A DNA stretch of 63,367 nucleotides, filler included, from Stramenopiles sp. TOSAG23-3 (Eukaryota), in the NCBI GenBank assembly GCA_900128585.1. It is 12 parts of 12 records of this genome, joined end to end, with 100 filler letters (N's around TTAATTAATTAA, not from the genome) between each part and the next. Parts side by side here need not be neighbours in the genome. Positions count along the whole stretch, not along the records: positions 33,333 to 39,882 come from LT643292.1; positions 39,983 to 46,530 come from LT643293.1; 10 more parts are not named here. One strand, written 5' to 3'. Shown piece by piece: positions 34,750 to 44,732 of the stretch. The translations under genes and the position numbers were made by a program. Below the pieces are notes generated by a model. The model had not been told where the DNA came from and did not search any database. It saw nothing but the letters and a program-made list of their open reading frames with translations. Each line of letters starts with the position of its first letter. Within the stretch, counting starts at the first letter, position 1.

Positions 34750-36366
34750 TTACTCCAATTCATCAAATCCATCACATGATTCAAAATGCTGGTAAGAGGC
34801 ACTTGATCTGTTTGCTGGTGGCGTTACTTGAATTGGAATTTCCGGACGGCCTTCATCGTCGGATGGTACGTCCCCATCGCTCTCCTCTATTTGGATTCTA
34901 ACAAACGTTTCCCTTTTCTTGGGCACTGCCGCCGCCGTGGTGGCTGTCTCACCTTTTTTGTTGCAGCGCGGTGGTACTTTCGTGTCACCCTGGCCGTCCG
35001 TTCCGTCTGCTTTCGCCTCCTCTTCGGTGTTCTCCGACGGCTTCTGTGTTTCCAATTGCGGCTTTTTCTTCCTCTTCTTCTTCTTTTTCTTCTTTGCCTT
35101 GCTGGCGGTCGTTGTCAGCACCGGAATCCCCAGAGTTCCCACCTCCCCTTCGCTAAGAGCGATCTTTAAGTCAGCTGGGACGCCATGAACGCCGCCATTT
35201 GCATCGTTAGCCCGGAGTTGTCGGGCAATGGCCTTCAATGCCTTTTCCAACCGCCCGGACTCCATCGGCAACTTCTTCTGTTCATTTTCTGCAGAAAATC
35301 CTTGGAAACCGTACACGTACGAGTTCCCGCAGGACCAGCCGCGACCAACGTTTTTGGCGGCGACCTGGGAACCTTGTGCGACCGTTGCCATAGAAAATGG
35401 ATTTTTCATCGGCTTCAGCACAAACTTCACACCGATCGTTTTCGTCAAGACCGTCAGCTCACCTTTCAGGTCGCTGTAATCATTGGCTTGCGAGAATATT
35501 GCTGGAATGCCAAGGCTCGCAATTTCGGTAAGACTTTTCACCCAGGATCTCATTAACTTTGGAATGCCGCTCCCAAATCCTGGGTTGAACCCAACGATAA
35601 GAGTCATGCGCAGGGAATTGCTTTCGGGGTCAAAATTGTAATAGTTGGCTAGCTCTGCGTGCACCTTGAAAAAATCGTCGGTCGTCCCTATAAACACCTC
35701 GCTTTCCATGTTGGGCGGAAGCAAAAACTTGAGTTGTTCCCCCCCACTACCCTTGGATTTCGACGCACTCCCTGGCTTGCCGCCTTTTGACAGTTTTAAA
35801 CGTTTTTTGATCTCAAGGGAAAGGCCAGCCGTCGTCAGGGGGCCAAGGTCCTGCTTCTCGACCGCTTCTGGCCCGACCATCCACAGTTTCACAGAGCACT
35901 TTGAAAAATGATGTCCGATTTCTCCCCAGTAGTTGGAATCGACCAGCAATCGCTCCTCTGCTTTTGCGGATGCTCCGCACACTAAGACATCAAGGTGTAC
36001 ACTCGTATTGGATTTTTGCGGCCCAGTGCCCCCGTTTCCTTCGTTCGTCGCAGCAACGAGGTGGTCGATGGTGTGCGGCGTGACGCCCATCTGCTGCAAC
36101 GCAAAAAGCAGGGTCAAAGGGTACGAAAGTCCGTCGATCATGGAAAGGTCCTGCTGGCATTGCTTGACTAGTTCCATGCTTTCTGCTTTCGTTTCAAGCC
36201 GACTCAGGAGAAACGGTTGCCAACCACGCAGGAGTGGGGACGTCCGCCGAGTTGGCAAGTCGGGCATCGCAGGCATCTTCTTCCCTCGTTTCCACCGGAA
36301 CGTGCCAACAGAGACCCCTTTTCTCATATCCTCGTCGGACACCATCTGGTCTACAATAGAGGACAT
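34750..36366 (-). CDS. MSS51/ZMYND15 C-terminal-like (Rossmann/methyltransferase-like) domain protein without a MYND finger
   Basis: Ordered motifs DGLSYPLTL, VCGAS..AE, LWMVGPE, LIVGFNPGFG...W and NPF are typical of that domain. Lys-rich NLS-like tract in the tail. Confidence 0.7.
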   Translation of the reverse strand: MSSIVDQMVSDEDMRKGVSVGTFRWKRGKKMPAMPDLPTRRTSPLLRGWQPFLLSRLETKAESMELVKQCQQDLSMIDGLSYPLTLLFALQQMGVTPHTIDHLVAATNEGNGGTGPQKSNTSVHLDVLVCGASAKAEERLLVDSNYWGEIGHHFSKCSVKLWMVGPEAVEKQDLGPLTTAGLSLEIKKRLKLSKGGKPGSASKSKGSGGEQLKFLLPPNMESEVFIGTTDDFFKVHAELANYYNFDPESNSLRMTLIVGFNPGFGSGIPKLMRSWVKSLTEIASLGIPAIFSQANDYSDLKGELTVLTKTIGVKFVLKPMKNPFSMATVAQGSQVAAKNVGRGWSCGNSYVYGFQGFSAENEQKKLPMESGRLEKALKAIARQLRANDANGGVHGVPADLKIALSEGEVGTLGIPVLTTTASKAKKKKKKKRKKKPQLETQKPSENTEEEAKADGTDGQGDTKVPPRCNKKGETATTAAAVPKKRETFVRIQIEESDGDVPSDDEGRPEIPIQVTPPANRSSASYQHFESCDGFDELE

Positions 36367-37349
36367 GGTGCAACAATAATACTTGGTATCAAAAAAAGGA
36401 TAATAAGGTTAAACGAAATAGATTCAATTGTTTCATAGTTGGATTGGAATAGATTTCATTTTAAATGTATACATTATATAATTATTTTATATGTTTGTTA
36501 TCTTGTGCGTTTTTTGATTTCTTTTTTTTTTGAATTTGAATTTGAATTTGTTTTTTTTTGAGGAGGAGAAGAGAGAGAGAGAGATGGGACTGAAGAAGAA
36601 CTTTCTTCTGATGTGATGATTGTCAATTCTCAATTCTCATCAACCTCTATCCCTTAATATAAAATATTGTATTGAAATCTATGATATGACAAACTAATTT
36701 ATCCGTTAAATAATTAAATAATTTTAATTAATTACAAACTAAAAATAGCATTGTACATTGATGTAAACTATATTATATAGTATACTTATAAATACAAGTA
36801 TAATAATAATAGTATTCTAATATTATATTATCTTGTGCGTGATCCGAAGGCCTTAATACTTTTTCATTTTTTCTTTCTTTTTTCTTCTTCTTGGCGTTTC
36901 ATCTCCATCTTTTTGTTTGTTTGAAAAGGATTATCGAATGGATCTTGAGAGTTGAAATCAATGCTCTGTTTATCTTATTGTTTTTCTTTGCCATTTTTTT
37001 TAGTAGTTTTTTAGTAGTCGTCCCTCATTTTTGTTTCTTCTTTTATTTTCTTAACATTACAGAACATTGGAATCAATATCCAAAATCTCCAACCTGTGGT
37101 AGGTGTTAAAAATCACAATTTATTAAACACCACCACACATTGTCTTTTTTTTCTCACTCTTTCACATTCTCACACTCACTCTGTCGCGTACGCTTCCCTT
37201 CGGAAGAGAGGTGGTCTATGGCAATACTTATCATGGAATGAAAAAATGGTAGAAGGAAAGGAACAAAAGAACAATTTTACCCACAAAAAACAATTAAAAA
37301 AAGTGTTACAAAAACAAACATCAAAACATTCACAACAAACAACACGAAC

Positions 37350-38960
37350 ATGGTTAATACCCCAAATCGTAACAGCCTAGTCTCCGGACAAAGCGAAATA
37401 GTTGAACATGAAGAGCTTCTAGGCGGGTTCGCAACATCGAAGGTTAACTGCACAGTGAAACCAAGATGGCAGCGTAAGCTAGAAGCGGCGCAAAAGCAGA
37501 CACCACGAAAGCTGAAGCGCCAGCACTCTTCGACAGTGCGAACTCCAGTTAGGTCCACCAAGAAGCGTGCACGGAAGTCGCACACCCCGTCCTCCTCCGT
37601 CCGTTCCAAGAAGACCCCATGCTACGATCGATTCATCCCGAACCGTTCGGCAACAAACATGGACATCGGAAACTTTAGGTTGACAAACGAGAACGAAGAG
37701 GATGAGGAAAAAAGTAAGCGCGACAGCCCCAACACGAAGGCGCACAAACAAAACCTTCGCGAAAGCTTGTTAGGCGAAGACTGCTCCGAGCCCTCCAGAG
37801 CGTCGCGCATTCTGGCATTCAAGAACAAGGCCCCAGCGGCCCCGGAAGAGTACCAGAACAAAAACCGCGTCCTTTACTCCATGAACAAGTCGTCTATTAG
37901 CTCTCGTCGTCCAAAATCAACTAGGCACATTGCTAGTGCACCCGAAAGGATTTTAGACGCCCCAGATTTGCAAGACGATTACTACTTGAACTTGTTGGAC
38001 TGGTCTGCCAAAAACGTCTTGTCTGTGGCCCTTGGCCAAACTGTATACCTATGGAACGCCACCGACGGTAGTATCAACGAGCTGATGAGCTTGGAAAACG
38101 AAGAGGACTACGTTTCTTCGGTATCATGGGTACCGGGAGACAGCAATTTTCTTGCCGTAGGAACCAACGATAGCAAAGTTGGGCTTTGGGACGTTGAGCA
38201 GCAAAAGCAATTGCGCAGTATGGACGGGCACAGTGCCAGGGTAGGGTCGCTGGCGTGGAACCGCCATATTTTGACGAGCGGTGGACGGGACGGGCTTATC
38301 ATTCATCATGATGTCCGTGTTCGAAACCACAAGGTAGCAGTGCTGAAGCACCACACCCAGGAAGTGTGCGGACTCAAGTGGTCCCCAGATGGTTTGACGC
38401 TTGCCAGTGGCGGCAACGACAATTTGCTCTGCCTGTGGGACGCAAAGGCGAGCGGCATTGCTAGTGGCACTGGACCTTCCGTCCACCAGCAAGAGTTTGT
38501 CGCTCCGCGCCTGGTTATGAACGAGCACTGTGCCGCAGTAAAAGCATTGGCATGGTGCCCATGGCAGCGTAACCTGCTGGCAAGTGGCGGCGGAACTGCT
38601 GATCGCACGATTAAGTTTTGGAACACGCAAACTGGCGCTCGCTTGAACAGCATAGACACGGGTTCCCAAGTCTGTAGCCTGCTTTGGTCCCCGCACGACA
38701 AGGAAATCTTGTCCAGTCATGGGTTCAGCCAAAACCAGCTGTGCTTGTGGAAATACCCAACCATGACCAAAATCAAAGAGTTGACCGGTCACCAGCAACG
38801 CGTTTTGCACTTGGCGATGGCGCCTGATGGACAAACCGTGTGCAGTGGAGCTGCTGACGAGACCCTTAGATTTTGGAAAATTTTTGCACCACCAAGCAAA
38901 ACGACCAAGCGTGGCCCTGGAAGCCAGGGTGTCGCCTTCAAGGGCATGAGCATCCGCTAA
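37350..38960 (+). CDS. CDC20: APC/C activator Cdc20/Fizzy
   Basis: C-box DRFIPNR, Mad2-interacting RILAF, PERILDAP.LQDDYYLNLLDW, WD40 repeats with GGGTADR, and a C-terminal IR tail. Confidence 0.96.
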   Translation: MVNTPNRNSLVSGQSEIVEHEELLGGFATSKVNCTVKPRWQRKLEAAQKQTPRKLKRQHSSTVRTPVRSTKKRARKSHTPSSSVRSKKTPCYDRFIPNRSATNMDIGNFRLTNENEEDEEKSKRDSPNTKAHKQNLRESLLGEDCSEPSRASRILAFKNKAPAAPEEYQNKNRVLYSMNKSSISSRRPKSTRHIASAPERILDAPDLQDDYYLNLLDWSAKNVLSVALGQTVYLWNATDGSINELMSLENEEDYVSSVSWVPGDSNFLAVGTNDSKVGLWDVEQQKQLRSMDGHSARVGSLAWNRHILTSGGRDGLIIHHDVRVRNHKVAVLKHHTQEVCGLKWSPDGLTLASGGNDNLLCLWDAKASGIASGTGPSVHQQEFVAPRLVMNEHCAAVKALAWCPWQRNLLASGGGTADRTIKFWNTQTGARLNSIDTGSQVCSLLWSPHDKEILSSHGFSQNQLCLWKYPTMTKIKELTGHQQRVLHLAMAPDGQTVCSGAADETLRFWKIFAPPSKTTKRGPGSQGVAFKGMSIR

Positions 38961-39603
38961 GTGCATCGGCCAATCACCTTGGCCAGGGACTTTTTAGCCC
39001 ACGGTAAGGACATCTTTGTTCTCATCTCTTATCTGTTTCTCTCTCTGCATATCACTTCTCCCAATCCTTTCTACTTCACTTCATCCTCTATTCGCTCTCT
39101 CCCTTCTCCACTCCGTACAACCCCTTTCTTGTCATGAACAGAGCATTTTTGAATCGCAGGCTCTGTTTCTATGATCAATGGAACATCTGTATAAAATGGT
39201 GAAAATGAATCGAATGAATTTTGCAAAATTATGATTCGGGATAAATCATAATTAAAATGGAATTAAAATCTAGGAACTAAATGGAAAAAATCTTGTAAAT
39301 ATATTGAAAAAGCTGATGTTCGTTGGAAAACTTTTAAAAGGACAGCCACTTTAAACATATAAAGGAGACCTTTGTAGACGTGTATATATTTAATCAAAAA
39401 TATCTTTTATATACTGTAAGTTGGCAGCAAAAAAACAAATCTACAACCGAGTAACAAATAGCAAACCACAGCCTTATTACTGAAGTCTCTACACATCCTG
39501 TTTTCGTGGAGTAAAGAGAGATAAAAATTTTTTAACTCTATTTTATTACTCTCCTCCTCAGTGTTCTCACTCGCACAACGCAGGAGGGACGCCTTGCGAA
39601 GTA

Positions 39604-39882
39604 TTATTGTTTGAAGATTGGGTGAACATTATCAATCTTTCCGAATGGATCCCCATCCTGCAAATAAGGTGAAATTCCATCACTTAAAACGCTGTTCAAA
39701 CTTCCTAGCGCACGCGACACAACGTACAACCATAGCGGAAAAGTAATAACTCCAACGTTCTCGTCCACGCCTTCGACAATTAGTTGGCAACCACGTTCTT
39801 GGGTCATTAAACCCATCAATTCGGCCTTGTACTGTCCTTGCAATTGTTTCATCGTTAGCTCACTTTCAACCATACCTAAGCA
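39604..39882 (-). CDS. Probable 3' end of an unknown gene cut by the contig end
   Basis: Frame open from the contig end to TAA at 39604, protein-like sequence, convergent with CDC20. Confidence 0.5.
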   Translation of the reverse strand, partial: CLGMVESELTMKQLQGQYKAELMGLMTQERGCQLIVEGVDENVGVITFPLWLYVVSRALGSLNSVLSDGISPYLQDGDPFGKIDNVHPIFKQ

Positions 39883-39982
39883 NNNNNNNNNNNNNNNNNN
39901 NNNNNNNNNNNNNNNNNNNNNNNNNNTTAATTAATTAANNNNNNNNNNNNNNNNNNNNNNNNNNNNNNNNNNNNNNNNNNNN
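39883..39982. other. Artificial contig linker
   Basis: N44-TTAATTAATTAA-N44. Confidence 0.99.
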
Positions 39983-40217
39983 TTATTTTTTGTGATGATA
40001 TTATGCTGTTAAAGTGAAAAGTGGAAAATTTAAGGTAAATTACCAGAAATCTAGTATATACTACTAATTATGTAGTTTAAGCAAATATAAAAACAAGTAT
40101 GCAAATATATATAATTTTTTTTAGTTATCTTACGAATCGTTCAATTGCAAACCTCTTCATGCAACCACTCCTTCGCCAACTGCGACAGGTGAAACGGCCC
40201 GGAGTGCCAGCTCTATC

Positions 40218-43200
40218 TTATTTTTTCTGACTCTTCGATGGCATCGAAACTTTTTTTCGTCTTCTACCTTTCGAACCGGTGGACCCTGCAGATCGCCGGG
40301 AACCAGTAGACCCTGCGCTTCGGCGTGAGCCCTTGGAATCCTGAGATCGGTTGGAGCGTTTTGACTCATGACTGCCGACGGATTCTGTGTCTTCGTTTTT
40401 GTTTCCAAACCCACTTTCGTCCTTTATTCTTACCTTTTTCTTTCTCCTGTGCCCATTTGAGCCCTTTGAACCATTAGAACCGACAGAGGCAGTCTCGTCG
40501 CTCGCATCTTTTTGTGCTTTATCAAAATCTGATGTTTTTCCTTCGTCACCTTTAGATTCTCTCGGAGCAGAGGCGGGGGTGTCATCTGTCTTTCCTTCTG
40601 CAGTGCTCTTCTTTTTCTTCCTAGAAAAGAACTTGCTGAAAAAGCCCTTTTTTTTTCCTATTAGTTCTTCCTTGTTTAAGTTCCCGAGCTTCAAGGCGGG
40701 AAATTTGCTATTCTCTAGCTTCTTTTGTTCAATCATGTTTTGGATTTCGTTCACTTCGTCCTCGTCGACTTCAGATGTTTCGTCTACGGAATCTTCCAAA
40801 AGGAGGTCAATGTCGTCTTCGTTCATTTTGTCAATGTCCATAATTTGCTGCTCGTCCTCTTCCAGCAATTTTTGCTCAAGGGTTTTCTTCTCCTCCACCT
40901 CTTCGTCGGCATCCTCTTCGTACTCTTGTTTTTGTATCGAGCCCAAACCGCCAAAAAGCCCTTTCTTCTTCTTCTTCTTATGGTGCCACTTCACCGCCTT
41001 CACGGGATCATCGAGGACCAGTTTGCATATCTCGTTCAATCGCAGAATGCGACCTCCTGGCATACGCTTTACGAAGCCCTCGCATTTTTCAACTGGCCAC
41101 GATTGGCGAAGTACACACATCTCGCACTTGACTCCTCCACGGCACGTTAAACATTTCACCTTTGAAGAAATATTTTCCCCGTACTCATCATAATGGCCAT
41201 AGTACTCCTTGTATTGCCTCAGAATGTGCGCGTTGTACGGATCGGCCTGCACGGCCCGCTTGTAGCACAGATCAACCTCTTCCTGGTTCTTATCTACTTC
41301 GATTACTACAGCAGTATTCTGAAAACCACAGAAAACTTTATCGGCTGGGCCAACACTTTTGGCTGTACCCCAATTACCGAAGATTTCAAGCTGCGCAAAA
41401 TGCAAATAATTGGTTGATTCCAATTGAACCCGTATGTATCGCCCTGTCGTATTGACAGGGAGTGTCCACGTTGTACGCCGCTTGACGGCAGTAAATTTTT
41501 TTCGGGCTACTGAACAATTGAAGGCTTTCGACAAATTTGCTCCTCCCGTACTCTTTTCAAAAGGTGACTCGCTCACCATTATCCAGCATGGGAAGAGACG
41601 CCTGGAATAGTAATCTGCTCCCAGAGAAGGGTCAGCGGGTACATCTTCCCGATTCCACAAAACGATGGTGTGGACAACTGCAAGTTTTCCCATGTCTACT
41701 TCCCACCACGGGTTTTGGTCCATCTGAGTGTGAATGCACCTCTGTTCGCCATCTCCACTTGTGTCACCATTGTTTGCCAGCTCTGGTGTTCGCTTGTTAT
41801 ACACGCTGCTCTGCTCTGACACTTTGTCTAGACCTAGACTCCTAGACGACACAAACAAACAGCGAATAACTGTTGGGACATCGTTGAATCGAACAAAATT
41901 TGGGTGTCCACTTGCGCCGTGGGCGTTGCTACCCCAGGAGTAAACTTCACCGTAAACCGTTACTGCTGCAGAATGGTTATTTCCGCACGCAATGGATTTG
42001 ACCGGCTTGCCTTTCATTGAGTTGATAACGTGAAAACGGGGCCTGTACTTCCCTAGCGCTGCTGCAGCTCCCGCCTGAAGCAACTCTCCTCCGGTGTACT
42101 CGATTGTCATTGTATGACCCCGGCCCCTAGTTCGCTTGTGCACTTCCAAAGAAATGATTGTGTGTGCAGAACCGCACGCCACAAGAGCTACCTTGACGTC
42201 CATCCCAACGAGATATTCTACCAACGTTGGTCGTGGGTGAACTTTCGTCCCCTCTCCCACGCCCAACCCCAATCGCCCACCGTCTCCACTACCCCATACA
42301 AACAATTCCCCGCTTACGCAAGCGGCGGCAGAATGGGAATTTCCACAGGCTATGCTTCGAACTCTACGATCGCCAGGAAGTGGCAACGGGATCGGATACT
42401 GAACAAAGGATTCAAACTCCTGCGCAATTGGGCCAATTCCGAGTTTACCACTTGCTGCCCCTCCCCACACATACATTTGCCCGCCATCTGCGATTGCTAC
42501 GTTATGGGAATACCCAGCGGCAACCGTTTCAACTTTTCTGCCTTTTATTCCCTCGACTAATGTGGGAACAGTCCTTTCAATGCGAGCGTTCGGGTCAACG
42601 TCGTCGCAAGGGATTCCTAGCCGACCAAAAGTACTGTCTCCCCATGCGTAGACGTCCCCCGAATGGTGAACGGCGCTTACGTGGTGCGCGCCGACGCCTA
42701 GTGTGAAGCAGCGTCCGCCCATGGGGGTTATTGTAGGCCCAGGCCCCCTAGCAGTGATACCGCCGACGACGACACGCCCACCGCCTCGTTCCGTATGCTC
42801 GGAGTTGTCAACGTCTCCTTCTGCCTCTCTTTTTCTCCACAATTTGTACCTTCGCTCCAGTTTTAAATATGCATTTTTCTCTCGGGCATACTTTCTTCGC
42901 GCGTGACGCTCCCTGGCTTCTTCTTGCTTTTCGCCCAAAACCTCCCAAACAGTCTGAATTTCATTGACAAATTTATCCGCTTTTTCTTTGTTCCCGCGCT
43001 TTCTAAAGTCAAGGGCTTCCCTTTCTATAATTTTGACCCGTTTTTGTTCGCTTTCTCCTATCATCTTCAGTTCAAATTTTAAATCGTCGTACAAAATTGT
43101 GCAGATCTGCTCATTATTCTTGCTCTTCCCTAGCTTCAAATGCCCTCGAACCTCCAGCGCAAAGAGAAGAGATTTTCCTGATAGTTCGGGGAGGATAAAG

Positions 43201-44732
43201 TCTCGCATATATTTGATCTTATTGTGCTCATTTCCAGAGGGCGGTTTAAACACTCCAAAGTATTCTGAAACGACTCTCAACTTTTTGTACAGCAAGTCGT
43301 CGGCGCTCAATTTATCGTCTTCTTCTAACTTGTCTAAATGTCGTTTCGTTCGAGCACGTTCCCTCACTGTTTCTTGAGAGAGCCATGGAAGCCGACCTTT
43401 GACACCAAGTAACACTTGACTTCTGTGGGTCATTTCACCACGGTTTTCACGGGCCCATCTACTGCCTGGGAGAATTTTTTCCCATAAATGCTTTCTTCCA
43501 CCCCATCCAAAGATTTCCCCGAACTTGTTCACTGCAAAACAAGTGTTCTCTCCTATGCCCACTTGAGTAACGCCGCGTCCCCAAAGGGACGAGCAGTGCG
43601 GTGCACAATATATATCATCAAAAGCGCTTGCGTCCGGGTCCTCGACCTCTGTTTTTTTTTTCTGTTTTGTAGAACCGTACACGTGCTTTGCACCAAGCTT
43701 AGAAAGCTCGTCAGAAATTTTTTTGATCTCCCCTTTCTTCGGTGGTCCATTTGGGGCAACTCTTATTCTGAACGCCTCGTTCACTTGATCAAACCCGTCA
43801 AAAACTTGCCCTGGGCGAATAGCATCGGCCAAGAATTGGCCCCGAGTCCCACTGCCGAATAGATAAGTTTGGCCAGCAACATCTAAAGCATTTCCCAACT
43901 CTATTCTCGCTCGTTTGAGGGCAGCTGCAACGTCTACTGTTTTCTGCTTCAAATTTATCATGTGAGTTCTCCATGCTTCTGCTGAAGCCACGGCGTGGGC
44001 TTCCTGGTCTTCTTCTTCCTCGATTACTTCCGCCAGCTTCTGTTTCAATGCCCATGGTGTCATGAATAAGGGCAGCTCAACGTCGCGCTTCTCCAACTCT
44101 TTTCTTGGATTGCACAAGTCTATCCATATTTTTTTAAATTCGTGATATTCGACGGTTCCGCTCTGATCCTCGTCAGCTTTATGAAAAAGATACTCTAATT
44201 TTGCGTCGTCCACTGGCATTTCCATGAACTCAAGAGCGAGGGAAAATTCGTCTTCGTCTAAATTTCCGGAACCATCTTCGTCGTACATATCGAACGCGTC
44301 CTTGGGGGTCAATATTGAATTTGGTTTAAAGCCAACTGTGTTTCCACTATTTGGATCAACCAAGTACATCGCAACGCGCAACTCTTCCAGCCCAATTTCT
44401 CCCGAGCCATCTGTGTCGCACTGGCGAAAATATTTAATGGCTTTTGCTTCGCTTATAGTCACACCAAGCTCTGGTAGCATGATTTGAAACTCTTCAAAAT
44501 CGATAAACCCAGACTGGTCCTCGTCAAACCTTTCAAAAACCTCTTCTACACTTGCCTTTTTCCAGTCCTTCTTTGAACCGTCATTTGCTTTCCCCTCACC
44601 ATCATCCTCGTCACCTCCCTTATCGTTGATTTCTTTTTCTATATCATAGTCTTCTTCCTCCTCTTCCTCTTCCTCCTTCTGATCCACAGCTTCGTTCTCA
44701 AGGCGGTCAATTAAATCTTCATCGTCCGACAT
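40218..44732 (-). CDS. Multidomain protein: 4 EF-hands, RCC1 repeats, inserted F-type lectin (F5/8-like) domain, CxxC-x4-CxxC, charged tail
   Basis: EF loops DEDQSGFIDFEE, DTDGSGEIGLEE, DEDGSGNLDEDE and DEDQSGTVEYHE. RCC1 repeats (ACGNSHS...WGSGDGGRLG). Lectin-domain motifs NPWWEVDMG, LWNRED, GRYIRVQL and LHFAQLEIFG. Confidence 0.9.
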   Translation of the reverse strand: MSDDEDLIDRLENEAVDQKEEEEEEEEDYDIEKEINDKGGDEDDGEGKANDGSKKDWKKASVEEVFERFDEDQSGFIDFEEFQIMLPELGVTISEAKAIKYFRQCDTDGSGEIGLEELRVAMYLVDPNSGNTVGFKPNSILTPKDAFDMYDEDGSGNLDEDEFSLALEFMEMPVDDAKLEYLFHKADEDQSGTVEYHEFKKIWIDLCNPRKELEKRDVELPLFMTPWALKQKLAEVIEEEEDQEAHAVASAEAWRTHMINLKQKTVDVAAALKRARIELGNALDVAGQTYLFGSGTRGQFLADAIRPGQVFDGFDQVNEAFRIRVAPNGPPKKGEIKKISDELSKLGAKHVYGSTKQKKKTEVEDPDASAFDDIYCAPHCSSLWGRGVTQVGIGENTCFAVNKFGEIFGWGGRKHLWEKILPGSRWARENRGEMTHRSQVLLGVKGRLPWLSQETVRERARTKRHLDKLEEDDKLSADDLLYKKLRVVSEYFGVFKPPSGNEHNKIKYMRDFILPELSGKSLLFALEVRGHLKLGKSKNNEQICTILYDDLKFELKMIGESEQKRVKIIEREALDFRKRGNKEKADKFVNEIQTVWEVLGEKQEEARERHARRKYAREKNAYLKLERRYKLWRKREAEGDVDNSEHTERGGGRVVVGGITARGPGPTITPMGGRCFTLGVGAHHVSAVHHSGDVYAWGDSTFGRLGIPCDDVDPNARIERTVPTLVEGIKGRKVETVAAGYSHNVAIADGGQMYVWGGAASGKLGIGPIAQEFESFVQYPIPLPLPGDRRVRSIACGNSHSAAACVSGELFVWGSGDGGRLGLGVGEGTKVHPRPTLVEYLVGMDVKVALVACGSAHTIISLEVHKRTRGRGHTMTIEYTGGELLQAGAAAALGKYRPRFHVINSMKGKPVKSIACGNNHSAAVTVYGEVYSWGSNAHGASGHPNFVRFNDVPTVIRCLFVSSRSLGLDKVSEQSSVYNKRTPELANNGDTSGDGEQRCIHTQMDQNPWWEVDMGKLAVVHTIVLWNREDVPADPSLGADYYSRRLFPCWIMVSESPFEKSTGGANLSKAFNCSVARKKFTAVKRRTTWTLPVNTTGRYIRVQLESTNYLHFAQLEIFGNWGTAKSVGPADKVFCGFQNTAVVIEVDKNQEEVDLCYKRAVQADPYNAHILRQYKEYYGHYDEYGENISSKVKCLTCRGGVKCEMCVLRQSWPVEKCEGFVKRMPGGRILRLNEICKLVLDDPVKAVKWHHKKKKKKGLFGGLGSIQKQEYEEDADEEVEEKKTLEQKLLEEDEQQIMDIDKMNEDDIDLLLEDSVDETSEVDEDEVNEIQNMIEQKKLENSKFPALKLGNLNKEELIGKKKGFFSKFFSRKKKKSTAEGKTDDTPASAPRESKGDEGKTSDFDKAQKDASDETASVGSNGSKGSNGHRRKKKVRIKDESGFGNKNEDTESVGSHESKRSNRSQDSKGSRRSAGSTGSRRSAGSTGSKGRRRKKVSMPSKSQKK

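Noticed and set aside
40275..40330. GSRRSAGST tandem repeat in the RCC1 protein tail
   Set aside because: Ordinary low-complexity duplication in a disordered tail.
13544..44487. Many long antisense or overlapping ORFs (e.g. 13544-13891, 38124-38966, 40387-41193)
   Set aside because: They are shadows of real genes on the opposite strand caused by codon bias, with no recognisable domains.
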